Below are positions 9,229 to 18,782 of a stretch of DNA of 64,000 bases, in pieces. The notes below the pieces were generated by a model, which had not been told where the DNA came from, did no database searches, and saw nothing but the letters and a program-made list of their open reading frames with translations. Location: positions 12,820 to 76,819 of the forward strand of contig CAWEEP010000007.1 in NCBI GenBank assembly GCA_963808125.1, in the 5' to 3' direction. Source of the DNA: Candidatus Dormiibacterota bacterium. GTDB taxonomy: Bacteria > Chloroflexota > Dormibacteria > Aeolococcales > Aeolococcaceae. Within the stretch, counting starts at the first letter, position 1; each line of letters opens with the position of its first letter. Made by a program: the position numbers and the translations under genes.

Positions 9229-9976
9229 ATGGCATCCCGCCCCCCGGCGCAGGTGAGAGCCGCGGCGATCTGCGCCGCCGCCCTGATGCTCATGGCCTGC
9301 GGAGAACTCCAGCCACGCCGCAGGTGCCCGTCCCACCCCGACGCCGGCGCCCACCTCGGCGACTTCGACCTCGAGCCCCACCGCGGACGACGAGACCCTC
9401 CAGGTGTTCGCCTCCGGTCTGGGTGGCTTCGAGCTGGACACCAACCCGGTCGCAGTGCTGCACAACCTCGCCGCGGACCACACCGCGACCGGGGTCGTGG
9501 TCACCTTCACCGTCCACTTCCCCGGCGGCACGTACTCCATCAGTTCCTCCCCGGACGTGTCGCTCTTCCCCGGCCAGACCCTCGCGGTGGCCACCACCTG
9601 CAACCGAGCCTGCGACGACAGCAAAGCCACCAGCACCGACGTCGCGGTGGCCGTCGGCTCCTGGGTGTCAGGCGGAGGAACGCCCCTCACCGTGACGACG
9701 TCGCCCACCTACGCATGCGTGTCGCAGGACGACCTGAGTGGATGCTCGAATGCCGTCGACAGCTCCCAGGGCAGCGTCTCGGCGACCGTCCACGGCACGC
9801 TCCAGGCGCTGGCCGAGGTCGTGCTGACCGCCGTCTGCGACAGCGCCTCCGGCGCCATCGTGGACAGCGGGTTCACCCCCGCTTTCTGGCCGGGAGGGAC
9901 GTCGAGATCGATGTCGGTGGCGGTGCTGGGCAACCCGCGGCCGGCCACCTGCCAGCTGTACGCCGTGGCGGTCTGA
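9229..9976 (+). CDS. Secreted lipoprotein, hypothetical (one frameshift after the lipobox)
   Basis: Signal peptide and lipobox AAALMLMAC at 9229-9300. The mature part continues in the next frame (ENSSHAAGARPTPTPAPTSATSTSSPTADDETLQVFASGLGG..) to 9976. Thr/Pro linker followed by a beta-rich domain. Confidence 0.6.
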
Positions 9977-10003
9977 CGCTCCGGCGCCGAACGTCCTCGC
10001 CCG

Positions 10004-10672
10004 TCAGCGGAGAGAGCAGACCGGCCAGGCTGAGGAATCCCCGCCGGCGAACATGCTGGCGGCGATCTCCGACTGCTGGACCGGGTCCCAGATGTCGGTG
10101 CCGCCGTGGGCAGCGAACGTCGAGGGGAGGAACTGGAAGATCCCCACGTAGGGACCGGACGGGTTGTACGCGTCGGGTCGGAGGTTCGACTCGCAGGTCG
10201 CCGTGCTGATCATCCAGCTCGCGCTGACGCCATACGTCTCCGCGGCGGAGGTGATGATGGCCGCGACCTCCGCCGTCGTGTAGGTGGGCGCGGGGGTCGG
10301 GGTGACCGGCCGGTACATGACCTGCGGCGGCGCGGTCGGGTCGTCGGCCTGGGGCACGGGCGTGGGCGTGGACGCGGTCACGTCCAGGTGGGCGGGCGCG
10401 ATGGTCGGAACGTGAACCTCGGGCACGCTGAGGGCGGGGACGGGGGCGGACGCCTTCACCGTGCCCCCTCCGCTCGCACCGGTGGCGAGGGTCACCGCCG
10501 CCGCCGGTCCAACCACGAGGATGGTCAGGCCAAATACCAAGTCCCGCAGGCGCCGAGAAACCCGCCAGCCCCGAAGGGGGGCGCGGCGCAGCCTCGGCCG
10601 CTGGCGCACCAGGCGAAGCACTCGCGACGTGATCGACGTCAATCGGGGAATCCGCACAGGGTCACTCTCCAT
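10004..10672 (-). CDS. Membrane-anchored lysozyme-like transglycosylase (Rpf/SLT-type C-terminal domain)
   Basis: N-terminal TM helix (LVFGLTILVVGPAAAV), Pro/Thr-rich linker, then C-terminal CESNLRPDAYNPSGPYVGIFQFLPSTF..QQSEIAASMFAGG..AWPVC. Confidence 0.65.
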   Translation of the reverse strand: MESDPVRIPRLTSITSRVLRLVRQRPRLRRAPLRGWRVSRRLRDLVFGLTILVVGPAAAVTLATGASGGGTVKASAPVPALSVPEVHVPTIAPAHLDVTASTPTPVPQADDPTAPPQVMYRPVTPTPAPTYTTAEVAAIITSAAETYGVSASWMISTATCESNLRPDAYNPSGPYVGIFQFLPSTFAAHGGTDIWDPVQQSEIAASMFAGGDSSAWPVCSLR

Positions 10673-10905
10673 ACATCACCCCCCTCCAGGGTTCCCAACT
10701 CGACGGCTCGCCGCACCGGCGAACGACGAGGATTCTGGTATCCGTTCCACCGAGGTTCGGGTGGTGGGCCGCGAAGGTGGCTGGGCAGCTCCCGGCCAGC
10801 GCTTGACGTGATCGGAACGCTTCGCGACCTGCACACCCTACCACAGCGGCCCCGCGACTGTCCCGACCCGGGCGCCTCCCGGGCGCAATCGGGCAAACTC
10901 CGCCC

Positions 10906-11463
10906 ATGGCCGACGAGGAACTGCGCGAACGACCGGTTGATCGGCGGACGGTGTTCGAAGGCCGTCTTCTGACCGTCCACGCCGACCAGGTGGCCACCGC
11001 CGGCGGCCAGCTCGCCACTCGGGAGATCGTCGACCACCCGGGCGCCGTCGCCATCGTCGCCACCGACCTGGACGGGAGGGTCGTCCTGGTCCGCCAGTGG
11101 CGGCATGCGGTGGGCGCGGCCCTCTGGGAGATCCCGGCGGGGACACTGACCCCGGGCGAGCCGCCCGAGGCGGCGGCGCGGCGGGAGCTGGCCGAAGAGA
11201 CGGGCTACACCGCCGGCGAGTGGCGGCGCCTCGGCTCGGGACCGGTGGCGCCCGGCTACAGCAGCGAGATCCTCCACGTCTTCTCCGCCAAGGACCTCCA
11301 CCCCGGCTTGCCCCACACGGATCCCGACGAGCACGTCGTCGCCCGCCTCTTCAGCCCGGAGGAGATCGTCCGCCTTGTCGCCGAGGATGGCGTGGACATC
11401 AAGACCGTGGCCGGTCTGGCCCTTGCCGGCATCCCGGTCGGCGGCCCGCTGGAGAGGGCGTGA
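10906..11463 (+). CDS. NUDIX hydrolase, ADP-ribose pyrophosphatase-like
   Basis: Nudix box GTLTPGEPPEAAARRELAEETGY. The N-terminal ..TVFEGRLLTVHADQV.. is typical of NudF-type enzymes. Confidence 0.85.
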   Translation: MADEELRERPVDRRTVFEGRLLTVHADQVATAGGQLATREIVDHPGAVAIVATDLDGRVVLVRQWRHAVGAALWEIPAGTLTPGEPPEAAARRELAEETGYTAGEWRRLGSGPVAPGYSSEILHVFSAKDLHPGLPHTDPDEHVVARLFSPEEIVRLVAEDGVDIKTVAGLALAGIPVGGPLERA

Positions 11464-11840
11464 CGGACAACGGGCCGCCGTCCGGCGGCGACCTCGTGGC
11501 CCGGGCGATCCGGGAGCTGACCCACGCCGTCCCCGGTGACGTCGACGAGGCTCCGGTGCCCGCCGAATCCACGACCTCCCAGCCCTGGGCGGAGACGGCG
11601 TCGCCCTCCACCAAGAACAAGCGCCCTCTCGAAGCCCTGCTCGCCGAGTACGCGGCCCGGGTGGAGGAGACGCCGGACGCCCGTGCGGCGCTGCCTGCCG
11701 ACGCCCATCCCTCGACGACGTTCTACGACCGTTTCGGGCGGGGGTCGGAGAAGGGCGGGGAGGGCCAGCGGCGCCGCAAGCGGAGGCGGTTCGGGGGACG
11801 GAGGGGGCGGGGTGGTACCGCTCGCGGGCGGACGGGCTGA
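11460..11840 (+). CDS. Hypothetical protein with Arg/Gly-rich basic tail
   Basis: GTG 11460 overlaps the upstream stop (GTGA). Sequence VTDNGPPSGGDLVARAIRELTHAV...GQRRRKRRRFGGRRGRGG. No family recognised. Confidence 0.4.
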   Translation: MTDNGPPSGGDLVARAIRELTHAVPGDVDEAPVPAESTTSQPWAETASPSTKNKRPLEALLAEYAARVEETPDARAALPADAHPSTTFYDRFGRGSEKGGEGQRRRKRRRFGGRRGRGGTARGRTG

Positions 11841-12615
11841 GGGACCGAGGCGCCCCTGGAGACCCGGCCCCGGCCTGGGTGACCGGCCGATCCGAGCCCT
11901 GCTCTTCGACTACGGGCTCACCCTGGTGACGTTCGAACGGCCGGAAGGTGCTCTGCTGGCCGCCTACGATGCCATCGCCCGGCGCCTCGAGGCCTCCGGT
12001 CTGAAGCCGGTCCACGCCGCGGAGAGCCTCCTGCACGGGGTTCACGACCGCGTCGAGCAAGCGGTGGCGCGGCACGAGCGGGCCGGCCTCCTGGACGAGA
12101 TCGACCTGATGGCGGAGGAGAGGGACGCCTACGCGGCCTGCGGCCTGCGCCTGCCCGACCCCCTCCTGGAGGAGGCGGGCGACATGGTGCAGCGGGCCTG
12201 GTGGGAGGGCATCCGCGTGGCGGGCGACGCCGTCCCGGTGCTGACCGAGCTGAGACGGGCCGGCCTGCGAATCGGCCTCTGCTCGAACGCGCCCTACAGC
12301 TCTCGCAGCCTCCACGCGCAGCTCGAGCATGTCGGTCTCCTCCATCTCTTCGACAGCATCACCTTCTCCGGCGAGGTGGGCCGGCGAAAGCCGGCGCCCG
12401 AGATCTTCGACGCCGCGCTCGCCGCGCTGGGCGCCGGCGCGGCGACGTGCGCCATGGTGGGAGACCGCCGTCGCGAGGACGTCGGCGGAGCCCGGGCGGT
12501 GGGGATGGCGACCATCCGGACGCGTGAGCACCACGACGACCGCGGCCCGGGTAACGCCGACGCCGTCATCGACCGGCTCGGGGACCTCCCCACCCTGCTT
12601 CGCGACCGCCACTGA
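11812..12615 (+). CDS. HAD-superfamily hydrolase
   Basis: Motif I LLFDYGLTLV, motif II LCSNA, motif III RRKPAPEIF, motif IV MVGDRRREDV. The start (GTG 11812) is uncertain. Confidence 0.75.
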   Translation: MVPLAGGRAEGPRRPWRPGPGLGDRPIRALLFDYGLTLVTFERPEGALLAAYDAIARRLEASGLKPVHAAESLLHGVHDRVEQAVARHERAGLLDEIDLMAEERDAYAACGLRLPDPLLEEAGDMVQRAWWEGIRVAGDAVPVLTELRRAGLRIGLCSNAPYSSRSLHAQLEHVGLLHLFDSITFSGEVGRRKPAPEIFDAALAALGAGAATCAMVGDRRREDVGGARAVGMATIRTREHHDDRGPGNADAVIDRLGDLPTLLRDRH

Positions 12616-12653
12616 GGCCGGTGGCGTGATAGCGTCGGCACGGCAACGCGCCA

Positions 12654-12941
12654 TTGCCCTTGCCGGACGTGATGATGGCTGTCGACTTCCGTGACTATCT
12701 GAGGGATCGCTGTCGGGAGCGCGGCGTGTCCCTACACCGTCTCGCCTTGCTCTGCGATCTCAACCAGATCTACTTCTACCAGGCGGTCAACAAGAACAAG
12801 GACAACCCGCCTCCCTGGGTGCTGCGCCGCGCCGCGCCCCACCTGGGCGTCACCTACGTCGAGCTTCTTATCGCCGCCGGCTATCTCACCGAGGGCGAGA
12901 TGCAGGAGTGGACGTCGAGGGGTCCGGCGGGGGGGGCCTGA
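12654..12941 (+). CDS. Small helix-turn-helix DNA-binding protein (XRE-like)
   Basis: FRDYLRDRCRERGVSLHRLALLCDLNQIYFYQAVNKNK fits an HTH_3-type fold. The start could be ATG 12672/12675. Confidence 0.5.
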   Translation: MPLPDVMMAVDFRDYLRDRCRERGVSLHRLALLCDLNQIYFYQAVNKNKDNPPPWVLRRAAPHLGVTYVELLIAAGYLTEGEMQEWTSRGPAGGA

Positions 12942-12957
12942 GCCGCAAACTCGTGGC

Positions 12958-14103
12958 ATGGCCTGGGGCGGCGCGCGGGCGATCATCCATCTCGACCTCG
13001 ACGCCTTCTACGCGTCGGTCGAACAGCTCCGTCACCCGGAGCTGCGGGGGAGGCCGGTCATCGTGGGCGGCGGCGGACCGGAGCACACGGCCCGCAGCGT
13101 CGTCTCCGCCGCCTCATACGAGGCGCGCGTCTACGGGGTGCGCTCGGCGATGCCGCTCTCCCGCGCCATGCGCCTCTGCCCCGCCGCGGCGGTGCTGCCC
13201 GTCGACTTCACGGCATACCGGCACGCGTCGACGGAGATCTTCGCCCTGGCGCGGCAGGTCACCCCGCTGGTGGAGCCCCTGTCACTGGACGAGGCGTACC
13301 TGGACGTCACCGCCACACCCGGCGAGCCCGAGGGCATGGCCGCGGGCCTGCGCGACCGCATCCTCACCGCCACCGGTCTGCACGCCAGCTTCGGCGTCGC
13401 CACGACGAAGACGGTGGCCAAGGTCGCGTCCGACCTGCGCAAGCCGCGCGGCTTCGTCGTCGTCCCGCCGGGGGATGAGGCGGCCTTCCTCAGACCGCTG
13501 CCCCTGCGCGTCCTGCCCGGCCTCGGCCCGGCAACCGAGCGCGTGCTGACGGGCCTGGGGCTGCGCACCCTGGGCGAGCTCGCCGCCCACCCCCAGGGGC
13601 TTCTGGAGAGGCGACTGGGCCGGGCAGCCGCCCTCTCCCTCCACCTCCGCAGCCAGGGGGTCGACAGCTCGCCGGTGACACCTCCGTCGGCCCCCAGGTC
13701 CATCTCGCGGGAGGAGACGTTCGAGCAGGACATCACCGACCCCGCCGCCCTCCGCGAACATCTGCGCCGCCTCTGCGCCGACGTCGGCCGCAGCCTGCGC
13801 GCCGCCGGGCTCTCCGCCAGGACCGTCGACGTCAAACTCCGCCACGCCGATTTCACGACCGTCATCCGCCAGCGCAGCATCGATGCCGGGAGTGACACCG
13901 ACGCTGCCATCGTCGCCGCCGCCCTGGCGCTGCTGGCCGAGACCCACCGGCCGGGCGAGCCGATCCGCCTCCTCGGCGTGGGGGTCCACAAGCTCGAGCG
14001 GACGGCTCAGCTCGACCTCTTCGCCGGCGCCGGCGGAACGCGCGACCGGCGCATCAACTCGGCGCTGGACTCGCTCCGGCAGCGTTTGGGCCCGGCGCGC
14101 TGA
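12958..14103 (+). CDS. dinB: DNA polymerase IV (Y-family)
   Basis: IIHLDLDAFYASVEQL (catalytic Asp), SLDEAYLDVT, and a little-finger region ..VDVKLRHADFTT.. Confidence 0.92.
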   Translation: MAWGGARAIIHLDLDAFYASVEQLRHPELRGRPVIVGGGGPEHTARSVVSAASYEARVYGVRSAMPLSRAMRLCPAAAVLPVDFTAYRHASTEIFALARQVTPLVEPLSLDEAYLDVTATPGEPEGMAAGLRDRILTATGLHASFGVATTKTVAKVASDLRKPRGFVVVPPGDEAAFLRPLPLRVLPGLGPATERVLTGLGLRTLGELAAHPQGLLERRLGRAAALSLHLRSQGVDSSPVTPPSAPRSISREETFEQDITDPAALREHLRRLCADVGRSLRAAGLSARTVDVKLRHADFTTVIRQRSIDAGSDTDAAIVAAALALLAETHRPGEPIRLLGVGVHKLERTAQLDLFAGAGGTRDRRINSALDSLRQRLGPAR

Positions 14104-14201
14104 GCCGGGGCGTCACGGGAAAGGAGCCCGACCGCCTCTGGTACGACCACGCGGACCTCCGCGAGCCCAACGACGGGGGGAGCTCCTGAGCCGACCTGGC
14201 C

Positions 14202-14801
14202 TCAGTCGGCGCCGTCCTCGTCCGGATCGACGTCGTCGAGGTACAGGGCGATCTCGGAGTCGTGCAGCTCGCGCGCGGTTCCCAGCATCCGGTCCACCAG
14301 TTCGACCCGGTCGAGGTCCCAGTGCAGGACGGCCGCGAGCTCGGCCAGGGTCGGATCGCGACCGAGCCGGTCCCGAAGCGTCAGCTGCGCCGCCTCGAGC
14401 AGCTCGGTGCCGTGGATCGCGGCGGCCGCCGCCCGAGCGGCCTCGACCTCCCGTTCCACCACCTGGTCGAGGTGGCCGTCGACGGCGCGCCGGACGTGGC
14501 CTGCGAGCCCCGCGATGCCCCCGTCGCTGACCAGGTACTCGTCCAGCGCGGCGACGGCGGCCACGGAACCCTCCTGGAAGAGCTCCATGACCTCGAGACC
14601 GTGATCACGGCGGGCCAGGGCCGCCTCAAAGGCGATGCGGAGGCCGTGGTCGACGAGTTCCTCCCGAGCCCTCGCGCCCCCCCCGCGCGCCGCTGCGAGC
14701 ACTGCGCCGGCGTCGCCGGCGGGCAGCCCGCCACGCCCGTGGAAGCGGGCGGCGAGAGCGTCCAGCTCGGTGTCGTCGTCGCGAGCGCCCATCGGCGGCA
14801 T
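14202..14801 (-). CDS. Sigma-70-like protein with regions 1.2-3 only (no region 4), acidic C-terminus
   Basis: LVDHGLRIAFEAALARRDHGLEVMELFQEGSVAAVAALDEY aligns to sigma70 region 2. LGRDPTLAELAAVLHWDLDRVELV aligns to region 3. The protein ends in DDVDPDEDGAD with no HTH of region 4. Its ATG shares one nt with the stop of the upstream SRPBCC gene. Confidence 0.55.
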   Translation of the reverse strand: MPPMGARDDDTELDALAARFHGRGGLPAGDAGAVLAAARGGGARAREELVDHGLRIAFEAALARRDHGLEVMELFQEGSVAAVAALDEYLVSDGGIAGLAGHVRRAVDGHLDQVVEREVEAARAAAAAIHGTELLEAAQLTLRDRLGRDPTLAELAAVLHWDLDRVELVDRMLGTARELHDSEIALYLDDVDPDEDGAD

Positions 14802-15256
14802 CAGGCGGGAGAGCTGCCCGACGCCTTGCGGCCGAACTGGGCGGCGAACTGCTCCACCGCCCTGGCCACCTCCCGGCGGGCGGCGCCCACGCTGGCGTGC
14901 TCGACGGCGGCCCCGGTCAGACCGGTCCCCACCGTGTAGCGGGCGGTGAGCGAGACGCGGCAGCCGCCCTTGGTGGGAGCCACCACGGCGGTCACTGTCA
15001 GTTCGAGGCCCTCCTCGAGGGTCACCACCGTGCGCTTGGGGCTGGTCGCCTCGGTGCAGACGAGCACGCCGCGCAGATGGCGGCCGATGAGGCCGGCCTC
15101 GACCTCGAAGCGGGCGCCCACCCCCTGGCGGGGGCCGCCGATGTGGCGGAGCCCGCGGATGGCGGGGAGCCAGGCGGCGTGCTCCAGGTCGAGGAGAGCC
15201 GCGTAGGCATCCGCCGGCGTGGCGGGCACGGTGACGTCGGCACTGACCTCGATCAT
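14801..15256 (-). CDS. SRPBCC (START/polyketide cyclase-dehydrase-like) ligand-binding protein
   Basis: 151 aa starting MIEVSADVTVPATPADAYAALLDLEHAAWLP..., a beta-grip pattern typical of Polyketide_cyc2. Start placed at ATG 15256; the rest of the 782-aa ORF is antisense noise. Confidence 0.7.
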   Translation of the reverse strand: MIEVSADVTVPATPADAYAALLDLEHAAWLPAIRGLRHIGGPRQGVGARFEVEAGLIGRHLRGVLVCTEATSPKRTVVTLEEGLELTVTAVVAPTKGGCRVSLTARYTVGTGLTGAAVEHASVGAARREVARAVEQFAAQFGRKASGSSPA

Positions 15257-15364
15257 TGGCGCCTCACCGTACCACCGCGCGCACTGGCGGGTCCGGCCGC
15301 ACCCCATCGACTCTCCGTCGCTCCGTGACGCCTTCGTCGCCGGTGGCGGGGAGGCGGTCCCGTA

Positions 15365-17395
15365 GTGTGTGAGGGCCACCCGGCAGCCGCCACGATGAAG
15401 TCGAATCCCCATCCCCACGCGCCCTCCGGAACAGTCCGCGCCCGCGAAGGGTTTGTCCGCGTTCCCAGGCCGGTGATGCTGGGGGCGGCCGCGTTCCTGG
15501 TCGCCGCCGTCGTCACCGGCGCGGCCACACTCCTTCCGGCGGGCTTCCTCCGGCTCGGCCTCGACCTCGCCGCCGCCCTGCTGGTGGCGCTGCTCGTCGG
15601 ATTCCTCCTCGTCCAGATGGACGCCGGACGGCGCCGCCTGGCCGGTGCGGACGTCGCGCTCCGCTCCGCCGAGGCGCGCCTGCGGGCGGTCATCGGCGAC
15701 GTCACCCAGGCGATCCTCCTGGTCGGCGAGGACGGCATCGTCACCGCCGCCAACCCCGCCGCCGGCCGCCTGTTCGGCAGCGCGGGCGCGGAGCTGGCCG
15801 GGCGGCACGTCGAGCAGCTCCTCCCCTCGTACCGGCTCTCCGCCACCGCCGCCGACCAACGCGAGGCCACGCGGGTCAGCCAGCCGGAGATGGCCGCCTT
15901 CCGTCGCGACGGCACGTGCTTCGTCGCGCACGTCGACACCAGCGTCAGCGCCGGTGAGGACGGGGTCACCCGCATCCTCGTGGTGCGCGACGCGCCGGAG
16001 GGCAGCCAGCCCGCCGCGGCGACCCGGCCGGTCCTCCATGACAGCCTGACCGGCCTTCCCAACCGCGACCAGTTCACCGAGAGGCTGCTCGCCCGGATCC
16101 AGCAGGGGGCGCAGCGGTCGACCCCCTTCAGCGTCTTCATGATGGATCTCGACCGGCTTGCCGAGGTGAACCGGAACTTGGGCCATGGGGCGGGCGATCA
16201 GCTGCTGCGCGCCGTCGGCGAACGTCTCCGCCAGACGATGCGCGCCTCGGACCTGGTGGCCCGCCTCGGCAGCGACGAGTTCGCCGTGATCCTCGGCGGC
16301 AGCGCCACCCCGGCGACCAGCGCCCGCATCGCCCGGCAAGTCCTGGGAGCCTTCCGGGAGCCGCTGATCGTCGACGGCCGGCCGGTGGAGCCGGCGGTCA
16401 GCATCGGCATCGCCAACTTCCCCGAGCACGGCGCGGACACCGGCACCCTGATGCTCCACGCCGAGGCGGCGATGTACTCGGCCAAGGAGGCCCGGCGGGG
16501 CTGGATGGTCTACTCCCAGGCCGACGACACCGCCGAGGTCGAGGACCGCGTCGTCCGGCTCGCCGAGCTGCGCAAGGCGCTCGACAACCAGGAGCTGGAG
16601 CTGTTTTACCAGCCGGTCGTCCGCGTCGCCGACGCGGCGCTGGTCTCGGTCGAGGCCACGGTGCGATGGCGCCATCACCGCCGCGGACTGCTCGAACCCG
16701 ACCAGTTCATCCCGGCAGCCGAGCAGACGGAGCTCATCCGGCCGCTGACGCGGACGCTGCTCGGCATGGCGGTCGGCCAGCAATCGCGGTGGCGCGAGCA
16801 GGGATACGCGCTGCGCGTGGGCGTGAAGATCGCCGGGCGCAACGCCCAGGACCGCCAGTTCCCCAAGGCGGTGGGCGCCCTCCTTCGCCGCTGGGCGGTG
16901 CCGCCGACTGCGTTGGTCATCCACATCGACGAGAGCACCACCCTGTCGCTCGACGTCGAGACCCTCAACTCCCTGGCCGGTGCGGGGGTCAGCCTCGCCG
17001 TGGACAACTTCGGGTCGGGCCCGACCTCGCTGCTCCGGCTTCGCGGCCTCCCCTTCACCGAACTGTGCCTCGACGCCTCGATGGTCGCCGCGCTGCGGGG
17101 TTCCGGAGCCCAGAGCGCCGCCGTCCGCGAGATCGTCGACATCGCCCACACACTCAACCTCACCGTCACCGCCCAGGGCGTCGACGACGGAGCGACGCTG
17201 GCGGCTCTCCAGCAGGTGGGCTGCGACGCTGCGCAGGGACGGCTGTGGAGCGAACCCGTGCCCGCCGGTGCGGTCATCCCCCTGCTCCGCCTCCTCGCCC
17301 GCCAGTCGCGCTTCCCCGGCCTGGGCAAGTTCCGTTCGGGGGAAGCCGTGCCCCCCGCGTCACCTCAATCCGGCGCCGAGTCGCTCTCTGGATGA
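15365..17395 (+). CDS. Membrane PAS-GGDEF-EAL c-di-GMP turnover protein
   Basis: Two N-terminal TM helices and a PAS domain (ILLVGEDGIVTAANPAAGRLFG). GGDEF domain (LTGLPNR.., GSDEF variant site). EAL domain (ELFYQPVV, VEATVRW, DNFGSGPTSL, VTAQGVDD). The start may be ATG 15395. Confidence 0.88.
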   Translation: MCEGHPAAATMKSNPHPHAPSGTVRAREGFVRVPRPVMLGAAAFLVAAVVTGAATLLPAGFLRLGLDLAAALLVALLVGFLLVQMDAGRRRLAGADVALRSAEARLRAVIGDVTQAILLVGEDGIVTAANPAAGRLFGSAGAELAGRHVEQLLPSYRLSATAADQREATRVSQPEMAAFRRDGTCFVAHVDTSVSAGEDGVTRILVVRDAPEGSQPAAATRPVLHDSLTGLPNRDQFTERLLARIQQGAQRSTPFSVFMMDLDRLAEVNRNLGHGAGDQLLRAVGERLRQTMRASDLVARLGSDEFAVILGGSATPATSARIARQVLGAFREPLIVDGRPVEPAVSIGIANFPEHGADTGTLMLHAEAAMYSAKEARRGWMVYSQADDTAEVEDRVVRLAELRKALDNQELELFYQPVVRVADAALVSVEATVRWRHHRRGLLEPDQFIPAAEQTELIRPLTRTLLGMAVGQQSRWREQGYALRVGVKIAGRNAQDRQFPKAVGALLRRWAVPPTALVIHIDESTTLSLDVETLNSLAGAGVSLAVDNFGSGPTSLLRLRGLPFTELCLDASMVAALRGSGAQSAAVREIVDIAHTLNLTVTAQGVDDGATLAALQQVGCDAAQGRLWSEPVPAGAVIPLLRLLARQSRFPGLGKFRSGEAVPPASPQSGAESLSG

Positions 17396-17501
17396 GGCCG
17401 TCCGGGGTCTCACCCCGGCGCCGCGGGCGCCTCTCCACCGGCGATCGCGACGGGGACCTTCAACGGGCCGCACGCCGCGGACACTAGAACTCGCCCGCCT
17501 A

Positions 17502-18782
17502 GTGGCAACTCCTCTCGGCATCGCCCTGCTGGGCGCGGGAACGGTCGGATCGGCGGTCGCCCGCGAGCTGACGGTCCACGCCGACATGCTCGCCGAGCGC
17601 AGCGGCGGTCCGCTGCTCCTCCGCTGCGTGGCCGACCGCGATCCCGGGCGCCTGCGTCCCTTCCTCCTCACCGGGGTGGCCCTCGTCGACGACGGCGCCC
17701 TGGCCATCTCGCGGCGGGGCGTGGACATCGCCGTCGAGCTCATCGGGGGGCTGGAGCCCGCCGGCACGCTCATCCACCAGGCGGTGGAATCGGGGCTTGG
17801 CACGGTGACCGCCAACAAGGCCGTCATCGCCCGCGCCGGGCAAGAGCTCGCCGCATTGGTCCGTCCGGGCAGCGGAGGGCTCGCCTTCGAAGCCGCCGTC
17901 GGCGCGGCGATGCCGGTGCTGGCCGTGCTCCGCAACTCGCTGCGAGCCGACACCGTGCAGAGCATCACCGCGGTCATCAACGGCACGACCAACTACATCC
18001 TGGAGCGCCTCCGAGGGGGGGAGAGCCTCGACGACGCGGTGGCGGAGGCGCAGAGGCGGGGCTACGCAGAATCCGACCCGAGCGCTGACCTCGACGGTCA
18101 TGACGCCGCCGCCAAGCTCTGCATCCTCGCCTGGTTCGGTCTGGGGGTGGCCGTCCACCCAGACGAGGTCGATCGTCGGGGTATCCGCGATCTCGGCCCG
18201 GCCGACGCCGCCGCAGCCGCGAAGCTCGGGCTGGCCCTCCGGCTGGTGGCGCGGGCGGAGCTCACGCCGGGCGGCCTCGGGCTCAGCGTCCGTCCGGCCA
18301 TGGTGCCGGCCTCCGACCACCCCCTCGGCGTGGTGGCGGGAGCCGACAACGTCGTCATCGTGGAGACCGACCTGGCCGGAGAGCTGGTGCTCCGCGGTCG
18401 CGGAGCCGGGGCGGACGCCGCCGCCAGCGCCGTCCTCAGTGACATCGTGGCGGTGGCCCGCGCCCGCCGGGAGGGGCGCAACGTCCCCCTGCCCTCCGCC
18501 ATCCCGGCGCGCATCCTCGACCCGCGCGAGGCGGAGACGGCGTCGGCGCTGCGGCTGCGTGTGCGCGCCGGGGCCGACGTCCCCGGTATCGTCACGCGGA
18601 TGTTCGAGGACCGAGGCATCCCGGTGGAGCGGGTCATCGCCGGCGACGCTGAGCTGCTTGTGCTGACCGGGCCGGCCGCCCGCGACACGTTCGACGGCGC
18701 CCTGGAGGCGCTGCGCGCCCTGACGGCGGTGAAGGCGGTGGCGCAGACGCTGGACCGCCTGGTCGCCCGGGGCGCCGGATGA
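17502..18782 (+). CDS. hom: Homoserine dehydrogenase
   Basis: GTG start. LLGAGTVGSAV Rossmann motif, NGTTNYIL, DLDGHDAAAKL, C-terminal ACT domain. Confidence 0.92.
   Translation: MATPLGIALLGAGTVGSAVARELTVHADMLAERSGGPLLLRCVADRDPGRLRPFLLTGVALVDDGALAISRRGVDIAVELIGGLEPAGTLIHQAVESGLGTVTANKAVIARAGQELAALVRPGSGGLAFEAAVGAAMPVLAVLRNSLRADTVQSITAVINGTTNYILERLRGGESLDDAVAEAQRRGYAESDPSADLDGHDAAAKLCILAWFGLGVAVHPDEVDRRGIRDLGPADAAAAAKLGLALRLVARAELTPGGLGLSVRPAMVPASDHPLGVVAGADNVVIVETDLAGELVLRGRGAGADAAASAVLSDIVAVARARREGRNVPLPSAIPARILDPREAETASALRLRVRAGADVPGIVTRMFEDRGIPVERVIAGDAELLVLTGPAARDTFDGALEALRALTAVKAVAQTLDRLVARGAG

Noticed and set aside
12900-12960. LexA/SOS box in front of dinB.
   Set aside because: No TCGAAC-N4-GTTCGA-like or CGAACRNRYGTTYC-like palindrome occurs between the HTH gene and the dinB start.
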